DNA of 63,794 nt, filler included, from an uncultured bacterium (GTDB lineage Bacteria; Latescibacterota; UBA2968): assembly GCA_964471275.1 (NCBI GenBank). It is 4 parts of 4 records of this genome, joined end to end, with 100 filler letters (N's around TTAATTAATTAA, not from the genome) between each part and the next. Parts side by side here need not be neighbours in the genome. Positions count along the whole stretch, not along the records: positions 1 to 15,945 come from CAYYGZ010000097.1; positions 16,046 to 31,988 come from CAYYGZ010000098.1; 2 more parts are not named here. One strand, 5' to 3'. Every line of letters begins with the position of its first letter. The stretch's first letter is position 1. Shown piece after piece: positions 8,709 to 18,024 of the stretch. The notes below the pieces were generated by a model. The model searched no databases, had not been told where the DNA came from, and saw only the letters and a program-made list of their open reading frames with translations. The position numbers and the translations under genes were made by a program.

Positions 8709-10268
8709 ATGCCAGAAACCGAACACATTCTGATACAAACATCCGTAGAACGTACGGACAGCATCCGGGCCAAACTGGCCGAACTCGCGTGGACGGAAGG
8801 GATTTCGTCCTTCGTGACAAATGGGGTGCCTTTTTCTTTCAGCAGCGGCAGGGTCCTGGCACAGGGGATCGCCCACATCGTGGATGCCCTGGCAAGGACC
8901 GGCGACATCAGAGTGATGGAACTGGGCGCGGGAATCGGTTATCTCAGCGCATTCTGTCTGGATACACTCAAGGAGAACTTCCCCGACACCTACGAACGGT
9001 CCACATTCCTGGTCTCGGATGGAGAGGAAGCCCTGGTCCGGGATGCGGAGGGGCAGGGCGTCCTGGTCCGGCACGGCCACCGGGCGGAGTTTACGGTTGC
9101 AGGTCTGCAAGACAAAGACACAATCCTCAGGAGTAGGCCGCGTATTCTGATCCTCTCGTATCTCCTGGATGCGATTCCACCCAAGCACGTGGAACAGCGA
9201 AACGGCGAGCTAAAATCAGCTCGTATCGAGACGTCGATTCCAGCCGATCTCTCTCTCCTGGATGGGAGCGAGTGGCCCCCCCGCACGCTGAATGCCGACG
9301 AGGTTGCCACCAGACTGTGGGCTCCTCTGTCTACGATGACACCCGCACTTGCTCGGAAAATCGTTCCCTTGCTCGGGGAAACGTGGTCGTGGGTTTCAGA
9401 AGGGGAGCTGACCACCGCGGGCACGATTCTGAACTCCCGTCAGGACGTGATTCGGGACCTCTGTTCAGTTCTGGAAGAGATGCCAGGGGAGAGCGCTCTG
9501 ATCATCACAGATTTTGGCTACGTAGAGTCAGATGAGATCGAGTTGAACGAGATGATGACCGAATACGGTCTCTGTGCGTTCTGGGCTGTTGCGTTCGATG
9601 AGATTCGTGAGGCGGCCGATGCCCGAGGGTTCGAGACGCTGCTCCATCGCGGTGAGGAAGGGCAAACGCATACGCTGGTCCTCTACAAAGGAAGCCGGGA
9701 AGAGGAAATGGCCGATGCGTTCCGCCACGGCTTCAACGGTATGATGAGTGATCGACCAGGCCTTGTTCTGCAGACACTGGAAGAAGACGCATCACTGAGG
9801 GACATCCAGAGAGCGATCGCCAAAATGGAGCAGACGATGCCGGAGGTCGACGTTCACTCTTACGGTAATCTCTCCCGATTCGCCCGCGTTCTGCTTCAGT
9901 ATGGGGATCTGGAGGGCGCCGCCCGCCTCGCCGAGAAGTGCGTGGCGTTGTATCCAGAGGTCGCGGCACCAGAAATGTCGATTTTGGGCGCAGCGAAGGG
10001 CAAGGCCGGTGATCTCGATGCGGCGGCTGTTCTGTTCCAGAAGGCAATTGATGTGGCGCCGGGCCACGCGAACGGATACCTCGGGCTGTCCGGCGTCTAC
10101 AGAGCGAGGGAGGATTGGGATCGCTATTTCAGTTGCATGAGGACATATCTGAGTATGGCGGAGTGCGACGTAGTGAAGGTTGTTGCCGGGATCGCAACCA
10201 CGCTGGCGGGAACAAATCTGGCGGGCATAGCTGCGGAGGCGGCGGGGTGGGTTGAGGCTAACTGTTAG
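8709..10268 (+). CDS. MidA/NDUFAF7-like SAM-dependent methyltransferase domain fused to C-terminal TPR repeats
   Basis: VMELGAGIG motif I, LSYLLDAIP, ITDFGY; TPR-like GDLDAAAVLFQKAIDVAPGHANGYLGLSGVY; probable ATG 8709. Confidence 0.7.
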   Translation: MPETEHILIQTSVERTDSIRAKLAELAWTEGISSFVTNGVPFSFSSGRVLAQGIAHIVDALARTGDIRVMELGAGIGYLSAFCLDTLKENFPDTYERSTFLVSDGEEALVRDAEGQGVLVRHGHRAEFTVAGLQDKDTILRSRPRILILSYLLDAIPPKHVEQRNGELKSARIETSIPADLSLLDGSEWPPRTLNADEVATRLWAPLSTMTPALARKIVPLLGETWSWVSEGELTTAGTILNSRQDVIRDLCSVLEEMPGESALIITDFGYVESDEIELNEMMTEYGLCAFWAVAFDEIREAADARGFETLLHRGEEGQTHTLVLYKGSREEEMADAFRHGFNGMMSDRPGLVLQTLEEDASLRDIQRAIAKMEQTMPEVDVHSYGNLSRFARVLLQYGDLEGAARLAEKCVALYPEVAAPEMSILGAAKGKAGDLDAAAVLFQKAIDVAPGHANGYLGLSGVYRAREDWDRYFSCMRTYLSMAECDVVKVVAGIATTLAGTNLAGIAAEAAGWVEANC

Positions 10269-10299
10269 GTGCGCTTAAGCCAGAGCATACAGGTGGCCT

Positions 10300-12681
10300 T
10301 CAGGTCTCCAGGCCTGCGAAGAGGTCCGGTTCAAGCGATATCGCCCGGCCCACATCGATGCCACATACTTGGGCAATGATACCGGCGATTGGTTTTACCT
10401 GCTTTTCGATGTAGTGCTCGTAGTCCAGGGGCGCCGATACGTGGCCGAGTGGCTGTGGGCCCTGCAGCGTGATCACGTAGTTGATTACGCCTCGCGGGTT
10501 GGGAAGCAGCCTTGCGGCCCTCACGTGCGGCGGGCTCGATTTGGTATAGTCGTCCACGCCCTTTCGAAGGCTCTTCCGGTAGACCAGATCGTCGTCCTTC
10601 TGACCGCTCCTGACCTGATCGACCCACTCGACCAGCTTACGCTCGATCTCACCCGTACCGATATCTCGAAACATCATGTCAAGCAGGTCGCGCTGCAGAT
10701 CGTGGGCCATGTTTGTCCAATCTCGCCTGACTGCTTCCATGCCGACGATCTCGACGTGCGATCTACCTTCGTCGAGACGCAATCCCGCATAGCCCTTTGC
10801 TCTGCCACGATCTTCTGACCCGCGCATCGGCGGAAGAAAGAAGCGTGCGTAGTACTTCTCGAACTCCAGTTCCAGCCTCGAATCGACGTCCCACGTCGTT
10901 TCTATATAGTCTGAAAGCTCATCGTTGACCCAGGTGCACAACTCCTGTCCTCGGGCCCTGGCAAGTTCCTCTGGTGTGTCAACGAGCAGGTCCGCCTCGA
11001 TAAAGACGGAGTCGGTGTCACCATAGAGGACGCGGAGCCCCTTGTCCTCGAGCTTCCGCTTTGTCCATCGAAGGAGGTGGTGACCGAACTCGGTGATGGC
11101 TCCCGCGAGATTCGATGAGGCATACCGACACGATGAGGTGGCCAGGACGCCGTAGAATGAGTTCATGATGATCTTGTATGTGAACGACGCGAGATCATCG
11201 CGATCGCGCTTTGCCTTCTCCCGTGACTCGTGGAAGGTCTCAATTAAAGAGGGGAGAATGCCGGGTTCACGCGAGAAGGTTGCTCCATTGGGTGCCTTGA
11301 TCCAATCTTCATCCGGTTGGTCGTGGGTTGCAATGTTGGACCGGGGATCGATGTTGAATGTTCGGATGATTGACGGATACAGACTCTTGAAGTCAAAGAC
11401 GAAAACGTGTCTGAACACGCCCGGTTCGGGCGCAAAGACCAGGCCCCCGGGTGAGCCGCCTTGGCCAATTCTGTCAACACCGAGAGTTGGTGCCACAAGA
11501 CTGCGACGGTGTAATTCGGATGTATAGAGGAAGTCGAACGCGGCGATGCTGCCCCAGGCGCCGTCGAGCGGGAGACCTGTGAGCAGGCTCCTTCGGAGGG
11601 TCAGATCTACAAGCCCCTCCTGATTCAGGATATCACGGACAAGCCGGCTGTCTTCGAGGACATACTCGCAGAACATCGACCGATCCTCCGAGTAGGCCCG
11701 GAGAATAGCCTCAGGTGCTGATTTGCCTTCCGGCACGTCAAGCGTCTTGCCGCGACCCAACAGCTCGTGTGCGATCGTGTCCAGGCGGTAATCATCGAAC
11801 CGTCTGGGGATCGCGCGTACAATGCGCATGGCGTCGATGACCTGACGGCCGGGGACGATCATCCGGCTGCCACCCCAACCACGGCCGCTGCGGTGCCACG
11901 CTTCGTCACGTGTGCGCCCGAGAGTGAACGAAAGGCCGTGCGCCCTTGCCCGGTTCTGCAGAACCGGGAGATCGAAATCGATCACGTTCCAGCCAGTGAG
12001 AAGATCGGGATCCCATTCGTGAATCTGTGCGGCAAGCTGTTCAAGCAAAGCGGCCTCGGTCGGGACGCACGCGACATTGTCCGGATCGTCGGGTCGAGAG
12101 CCGCCGACCAGAATGACCCGGTCTTCTGCTCCCAGCGCGCCGAAGGGGACGAGGGACACACCGAGCACGCGGTCGGCCTGCTCCGTCGTTTCGATGTCGA
12201 GTGAGACGATGCTGAGGTCCGGGACGTGATCGACCGGTGTGATCAGCGGGTTGGTGTAGATCCTGTCGACACCATCCCCCGGCTTGAAGGGACCGTCGAG
12301 ACGGACTGCTCCACGTATCTGCCGGTGGATGGCATACTGACGCGAGGGACTGAAGTCAGTCTCATAGGTCCGGATGCCCTGCTCAGCTGCGCGTTCGGAG
12401 GCCCGTCGCAAGGCACCGAGGCGGGGAGCGCTTACACCCAAAACCGGGTCACCGTCCATGGTAGAATGACCACATTCGGAGATCAAAACCGCTGCATCAG
12501 CCGCTGCCCGGCGGAAGCGATCCACATCCAATCGACGTATATAGAAGACGGGCTGGTAGCGGGTGTCGACGAGCCCAAATGTCTCGCCATTGCCAAGACG
12601 GCCGACGCCAAAAATCGTGAAGGTGTCGCCATCACGGTGGAAGAGATGAAGCAGGTAGCCCGTGGCCGGTTCGGTGGACAT
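10300..12681 (-). CDS. polB: DNA polymerase II (family B)
   Basis: Exonuclease motifs DIET, GWNVIDFD, YVLED; polymerase motifs DFKSLYPS, KIIMNSFYG, YGDTDS; C-terminal EPDLF resembles a clamp-binding motif. Confidence 0.95.
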   Translation of the reverse strand: MSTEPATGYLLHLFHRDGDTFTIFGVGRLGNGETFGLVDTRYQPVFYIRRLDVDRFRRAAADAAVLISECGHSTMDGDPVLGVSAPRLGALRRASERAAEQGIRTYETDFSPSRQYAIHRQIRGAVRLDGPFKPGDGVDRIYTNPLITPVDHVPDLSIVSLDIETTEQADRVLGVSLVPFGALGAEDRVILVGGSRPDDPDNVACVPTEAALLEQLAAQIHEWDPDLLTGWNVIDFDLPVLQNRARAHGLSFTLGRTRDEAWHRSGRGWGGSRMIVPGRQVIDAMRIVRAIPRRFDDYRLDTIAHELLGRGKTLDVPEGKSAPEAILRAYSEDRSMFCEYVLEDSRLVRDILNQEGLVDLTLRRSLLTGLPLDGAWGSIAAFDFLYTSELHRRSLVAPTLGVDRIGQGGSPGGLVFAPEPGVFRHVFVFDFKSLYPSIIRTFNIDPRSNIATHDQPDEDWIKAPNGATFSREPGILPSLIETFHESREKAKRDRDDLASFTYKIIMNSFYGVLATSSCRYASSNLAGAITEFGHHLLRWTKRKLEDKGLRVLYGDTDSVFIEADLLVDTPEELARARGQELCTWVNDELSDYIETTWDVDSRLELEFEKYYARFFLPPMRGSEDRGRAKGYAGLRLDEGRSHVEIVGMEAVRRDWTNMAHDLQRDLLDMMFRDIGTGEIERKLVEWVDQVRSGQKDDDLVYRKSLRKGVDDYTKSSPPHVRAARLLPNPRGVINYVITLQGPQPLGHVSAPLDYEHYIEKQVKPIAGIIAQVCGIDVGRAISLEPDLFAGLET

Positions 12682-12985
12682 GGCGGTCAGCCGTTCAGGC
12701 TTTCCCGGTGGCGGCGGTGCACGTCGTGTGCTTGCACGCAAGGATCACCTCGAGGGTTCCGGTTGTCTCCACGTGTACACCTTCGGCCGTCTTTGAGCGA
12801 TGGTAAAATGTTGAACTACATAGAGTTAACACAACATAGCTCAAGCGTTTTCAATGTCAAGATTGCTGCTCGTGGGGGAGGGACGCCTTTACAAGATCAG
12901 GGGTCGGTGATATTATGGTTCACCCACTTCGTAGCCGGAGGTGGCAACCTATTGGTATCGGACCTGGAATGAAACGGAGATGGCC

Positions 12986-15208
12986 ATGAACGGCCCAAGG
13001 CTTGGTGATCTGACATTTTTCAACGCGATGTATCTCGACCGTCCTGGATTGGAAGGCATACGTGAAGCGGTGGCGCGTGCAGATTGGCCGGGAGCCAAGC
13101 GAGAATTTGCGACATATCTTCGACGGCGCGAGCAGCCAAAGTGGTTCTCAAACTGGCGCGATCGGCGAGATCCATACCACCGGCAGGAAGTGGAACTCGT
13201 CAACGTAGGTGACGAGGCAGTCGAGAAGGTGGATCTCGATCTGGCAGACAAAGCGGCGAGGAACACACTCACGAGCTGTAACGTAGAGCAGGTGTTCGGC
13301 GACACGATCAACTGGGAGCTGAACCCGATCGATTACAAGGAGTGGACGTGGCAGCTCTCTCGCCATCCCTTCTGGGTTGCCCTGGGGCAGGCCTACTGGA
13401 AGACCGGTGATGAGAAATATGCCGAGGCGTTTGTCCATCAGATGTGCCATTGGGTCGAGAACGTGATGGTACCTGTTGGTGAGGACGGCAATTCGTGGAA
13501 GGGCGATGCCCGTATGGGGTCACCGCTCACGAACTGCTGGCGGACGATTGAATGTGGGATTCGGATGGGACAGACATGGCCATACGCGTTTCACTACTTC
13601 CTGTCCTCTCCCTCGTTCACGGACGACGCCATCTGTCTGATGCTCAAGAGTATGGTCGAACACGCCCGCCACTTGATGCGCTGGCCGCATTCCGGCGGGA
13701 ACTGGCTCACGATGGAAGCGAACGGGATGTATCACGTGGGTGTGTTGTTCCCAGAGTTCAAGGAGGCGGACGAGTGGCGGCGGGCGGCGCTCGAACGGCA
13801 GTATAGAGAGCTGGACACACAGGTCTATCCGGACGGTGCTCAGATTGAACTGTCGTCGGGCTACCACCAGGTCAGCCTGCGCAATTTCGTGATGACTTAC
13901 AACATCGCGCGCTTGAATGAGCAGCCGATGCCGGAGGACTACTCCAGCAAGCTGGAGCAGATGTATGACTACGACCTGTACCTGGCCATGCCTGATCTGC
14001 GTATGCCCGCACTCAACGACGGCGGGTGGACAGATATCCGTCCCTGGATGAGGAGCGCCCTTGAGTTCTTTCCCGAACGGGAAGATTTCCGATGGGCGGC
14101 TACCGAAGGACGGGAAGGGCGGCGACCGACGATCCTGTCGACAGCTTTCCCGTATGCAGGGCACTTCGTGATGCGGACAGGCTGGCTCCCCGATGATGCA
14201 TATCTGTTCTTCGACGGTGGGCCGTTTGGCTATGGCCATCAGCACGAGGACAAGCTGAATGTCGTGATCTATTCTCACAGACGTGTTCATCTGACCGACC
14301 CGGGGAACTACCCGTATGACGATTCGCAGTGGCGGAAGTATGTGCTTTCGACCCGAGCACACAACACGGTTATGGTTGACGGCCAGGAGCAGAATCTTCG
14401 CGGAAAGCCCCGAGAGGAGTATGTCGTCGACGAGCCGCTTCCGCACGTCTGGGTCACGCGGCCGAGCTTCGACTTCGCATCTGCCAGCTACGATGGAGGA
14501 TACGGTCCTTCACGTGATCGTTCGGTGACGCACACACGTTCGATCCTGTTTCTGAAGCCCGATTTCTGGATTTTGGCGGATTTCATGTCGGCCAGCGACG
14601 ACAGGGAGCACACTTACGAATCCATGTTCCATCTGGACACGCTGAAAGCTGATGTTGTCGGGAATCGGAAGAGCGTCGAGACGCGGAATCGAGACGCCGG
14701 GAACCTTGGCATCTACGGGGTTCTGCCGGAAGGCGCAGAGGTCGAAGTGGTTTCGGGTCAAGAGGAACCGACGGTGCAGGGATGGATCCCGAGGGGCAAG
14801 CCTTACGAATGTCAGCCGATTCCGACGGCGGTCTACAAGACGACGGGGCGAGACGTTACCGAGATGACCTTTATCGTCTGTCCTATCGCAAAGGAAGAGA
14901 TGTCTCCTATCAGCTATGTCGAGCGTCTATCGTCGGGACAGGGCAAGTCCGCTGGACGGATTGCGATGAGAGATGGACGATCCATTCACTACGGCATACG
15001 ACTCAAGGGATCAGGCGCTGCTCTCTGCGGGGCCCTTAGCAGCGATTGTGATGCCTTCGTCGTGATCGAATCCGCGACCGGCGACGTCTCCAGCATACAC
15101 ACGATTGACGATGAAACAGTGGTCAAGGATGGCAAACCCCTTGAGGTTGGACGCAGTATTCTGACGGAAGAGTCGGCTGAACCCGTAAAAGCACGCCGGG
15201 AGGATTGA
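12986..15208 (+). CDS. Heparinase II/III-like polysaccharide lyase (alginate-lyase-like helical N-domain)
   Basis: GNWLTMEANG, DGAQIELSSGYH, GHQHEDKL, STRAHNTVMVDG; start uncertain (12941, 12980 or 12986); no signal peptide visible. Confidence 0.85.
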   Translation: MNGPRLGDLTFFNAMYLDRPGLEGIREAVARADWPGAKREFATYLRRREQPKWFSNWRDRRDPYHRQEVELVNVGDEAVEKVDLDLADKAARNTLTSCNVEQVFGDTINWELNPIDYKEWTWQLSRHPFWVALGQAYWKTGDEKYAEAFVHQMCHWVENVMVPVGEDGNSWKGDARMGSPLTNCWRTIECGIRMGQTWPYAFHYFLSSPSFTDDAICLMLKSMVEHARHLMRWPHSGGNWLTMEANGMYHVGVLFPEFKEADEWRRAALERQYRELDTQVYPDGAQIELSSGYHQVSLRNFVMTYNIARLNEQPMPEDYSSKLEQMYDYDLYLAMPDLRMPALNDGGWTDIRPWMRSALEFFPEREDFRWAATEGREGRRPTILSTAFPYAGHFVMRTGWLPDDAYLFFDGGPFGYGHQHEDKLNVVIYSHRRVHLTDPGNYPYDDSQWRKYVLSTRAHNTVMVDGQEQNLRGKPREEYVVDEPLPHVWVTRPSFDFASASYDGGYGPSRDRSVTHTRSILFLKPDFWILADFMSASDDREHTYESMFHLDTLKADVVGNRKSVETRNRDAGNLGIYGVLPEGAEVEVVSGQEEPTVQGWIPRGKPYECQPIPTAVYKTTGRDVTEMTFIVCPIAKEEMSPISYVERLSSGQGKSAGRIAMRDGRSIHYGIRLKGSGAALCGALSSDCDAFVVIESATGDVSSIHTIDDETVVKDGKPLEVGRSILTEESAEPVKARRED

Positions 15209-15209
15209 T

Positions 15210-15945
15210 GTGATCGATACACACGCACACATTTATCACCCCGACGAATCTCTTTATCCGATGATCGAAGATCCTTTCCGCCCGCCAGTGGGCATCGGTA
15301 CGATTGATCATCTGAGGGAGAATTGCGCAGAAGCAGGTATCGAGAAGGTCGTCCTTGTCCAGACCGGGTCTGCCTATCGTTGGGACAACAGGTTGCTCGC
15401 CGATACCGTCAGGGCGAACGCGGATTGGATTGCAGGTGTCTGCACGCTGGATCCTGCGTCAAGCGAGAGTCCGGCAGAATTGGAACGGCTCCACGGGGAT
15501 TCCAATGTTCGGGGCGTGCGAATCGAACCGACAAGGACGAATTACCCGCAATACTACCATCCGGGGTCTGTCGCGCTCTGGGAGACGGCGGAGCGTCTGG
15601 GGATTGTGGTCTGTGCACACGTAACGACACCGTATCTGGACCAATTGTCTGAACTGCTCGCCCGATTCCCCGGTGTAGTTGTTGTGCTGGATCACGCGGC
15701 CTACCCCAAAGCGCCAGAAGGGGTCGGGTCAGAAACCGTGCTTTCTGTCGTGGATCTTGCGCGCTTCAAAAATCTATATGTGAAGCTTACGTTCGCGGTT
15801 ACTGGATCCGAAGATGATTATCCGTTTCACGATATGCACGGTATTGTGCGCAAGGTGATGGACGCCTATGGCCCGGCCCGGTGTAAGTGGGGTTCCGGCT
15901 TCCCCTGCGAACACTGGTTGAAGACCGCGACATACACGGAACACC
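15210..15945 (+). CDS. Amidohydrolase-2 family protein (sugar lactonase-like), truncated at contig end
   Basis: IDTHAH, VLDHAA, NLYVKL, WGSGFP; starts 1 nt after the lyase stop codon. Confidence 0.85.
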
Positions 15946-16045
15946 NNNNNNNNNNNNNNNNNNNNNNNNNNNNNNNNNNNNNNNNNNNNTTAATTAATTA
16001 ANNNNNNNNNNNNNNNNNNNNNNNNNNNNNNNNNNNNNNNNNNNN
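15946..16045. other. Artificial contig-joining spacer
   Basis: N44-TTAATTAATTAA-N44, with stops in all six frames. Confidence 0.98.
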
Positions 16046-16116
16046 CCTGTGTCACTGCCACCCCTCGAGTCCTGCCGCGCTTTACAGCCAGCCAATCCTA
16101 AATACGAGCCTACATC

Positions 16117-16647
16117 TTGCACATTGTGATCATTGGTGCCGGAAACGTGGGGTGCCTATACGGAAGCAATCTTGCCCGCATCGGCGGGTTGGTGACAATG
16201 GTGGATGTCTGGCCTGAGCACGTCGAGGCTATGAGGTGTGACGGCATTCACTGTGCGACCGATACGTGCTAAGATTGGCCGGAATACGGAGAAATGCTGG
16301 GGGGATGGTTCGCCGGACATCCGTGGCACCAGGAAGTCGGCGTGATTGTCGAGGACAAGGAGCATCCCGCAGCGGCGATGCTCGGTGATGGCTTCAAAGT
16401 GACCAACGAGATCTACACGTTCAAGAACTGGGACCGCTCCAAGACCAACGTCCTGATGCGAATCGACAACGATACTGTGGATCTGGAGAAGGGGAATCGG
16501 GAAGATCAGGGCTATGCGCTCGGTTGGAACCACGATTACGGACAAGGTCGCGTGATCTACACAGCGCTCGGACATCCGGATGAGCTTTGGAGCCAACCGT
16601 GGTTCAGGGAGCATATCACGGCGTGTTTCACGTTGGCGGGACAATGA
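16117..16647 (+). pseudogene. Chimeric remnant: ketopantoate-reductase-like N-terminus joined in frame to the C-terminal part of a ThuA-like domain, with an internal stop
   Basis: TTG 16117 gives MHIVIIGAGNVGCLYGSNLARIGGLVTMVDVWPEHVEAMRCDGIH, then [26 protein letters not shown]...GQGRVIYTALGH; TAA at 16270-16272. Confidence 0.7.
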
Positions 16648-16725
16648 TCATCAGTCATTCTCCATTCACCATTGATCAGTTACGCTGCAAATGACTGATG
16701 GCCGATGGATGATGTGTAATCTCTA

Positions 16726-17943
16726 ATGTTGCCTGAGGATCAAATGTTCGAACCCATCTATGACGAGTCTCTTGTTCCCGATTACAAGCTTCCGGATCCG
16801 CTCATCACCAACGACGGCTCGCAAGTTGTGTCGGCGTCTGACTGGCCGGCCAGGCGGGCAGAGATTCTCGCTCTCTTCGAGACGCACGTCTTTGGCAAGA
16901 CTCCTGATCGCAGGATCGACGCGCGATTCGTGCTTATGTCAGAAGTCGATGCGCTTGGCGGGAAGGCCAAACGCAAGGAAGTCCGGATCTATTTCACGGC
17001 GCAGGATGAGCGCCCCTATCTGGATCTTCTGATCTATGTGCCGACTTCTGTCGATGGGCCGGCTCCAGGATTTGTCGGGCTGAGTTTCTTTGGGAATCAC
17101 TCCGTGACGCGTGATCCTAACGTGATCCTCTCGGACGAATGGATGCGCGCAAAGGGGCAAGGCATTGTTGATTCGCGCGCTACCCAGGTTTCCCGAGGGG
17201 CGGCAGCGGACAGGTGGCCAGTAGAGCACATCATCGATCGAGGCTACGCCCTTGCGACAGCCTACTGCGGCGATCTTGATCCCGACTACGATGACGGATA
17301 CCAGAACGGCGTACATCCATTGTTTCACGAAGGTGGCGTGCCCGCAGATGACGAATGGGGTACGATTGGCGCGTGGTCGTGGGGATTGAGTCGAGCGCTC
17401 GATTACCTCGAGACAGATGACGCTATCGACGCGACACGGATAGGCGTGATAGGGCATTCACGGCTCGGGAAGACTGCCCTGTGGACGGGCGCGCAGGATG
17501 AGCGATTTGCGCTCGTGATCTCAAACGACAGCGGATGCGGTGGAGCGGCACTCTCGCGGCGGCGCTTTGGTGAGACGGTCGAGCGAATCAACACGTCATT
17601 CCCACACTGGTTCTGCAACAACTTCCGGAAATACAACGAAAACGAGGATGCCTGTCCGGTCGATCAGCACATGCTGATCGCACTGGCCGCTCCCCGACCC
17701 GTCTATGTCGCGAGTGCTCAGGACGATCAGTGGGCTGATCCCAAGGGCGAATTTTTGGGGGCGAAGTGTGCTGATCCTGTCTACCGACTTCTGGGCACTG
17801 ACGGTCTGGACACCGAAGCCATGCCAGAGGTCGAGTCACCGATCCAGAGTCGCATCGGGTATCATGTCCGGCGAGGCGGCCACAACGTCACAGACTACGA
17901 CTGGGAGCGGTATATGGACTTTTCGGAAAAACACTTGAAGTGA
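16726..17943 (+). CDS. CE15 family glucuronoyl-esterase-like carbohydrate esterase
   Basis: IGAWSWG, GHSRLGK catalytic-Ser motif, SGCGGAA, PVDQHML, DQWADPKGE. Confidence 0.9.
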   Translation: MLPEDQMFEPIYDESLVPDYKLPDPLITNDGSQVVSASDWPARRAEILALFETHVFGKTPDRRIDARFVLMSEVDALGGKAKRKEVRIYFTAQDERPYLDLLIYVPTSVDGPAPGFVGLSFFGNHSVTRDPNVILSDEWMRAKGQGIVDSRATQVSRGAAADRWPVEHIIDRGYALATAYCGDLDPDYDDGYQNGVHPLFHEGGVPADDEWGTIGAWSWGLSRALDYLETDDAIDATRIGVIGHSRLGKTALWTGAQDERFALVISNDSGCGGAALSRRRFGETVERINTSFPHWFCNNFRKYNENEDACPVDQHMLIALAAPRPVYVASAQDDQWADPKGEFLGAKCADPVYRLLGTDGLDTEAMPEVESPIQSRIGYHVRRGGHNVTDYDWERYMDFSEKHLK

Positions 17944-18024
17944 TGAAGCGTTCCCAAAAACCAGAATCGTTCCAACCACCAACTCCGTGCACCGAACGGA
18001 CTACATTACTACTGACAGGTTCCC

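Noticed and set aside
10300..12681. Family-B polymerase as a marker of a pipolin, casposon or phage
   Set aside because: Its length and motifs fit cellular Pol II, including a clamp-binding-like tail; no integrase, Cas1, terminal repeats or phage genes are nearby
15990..16001. TTAATTAATTAA recurring every ~16 kb as a biological repeat
   Set aside because: It is embedded in N runs and is an artificial linker
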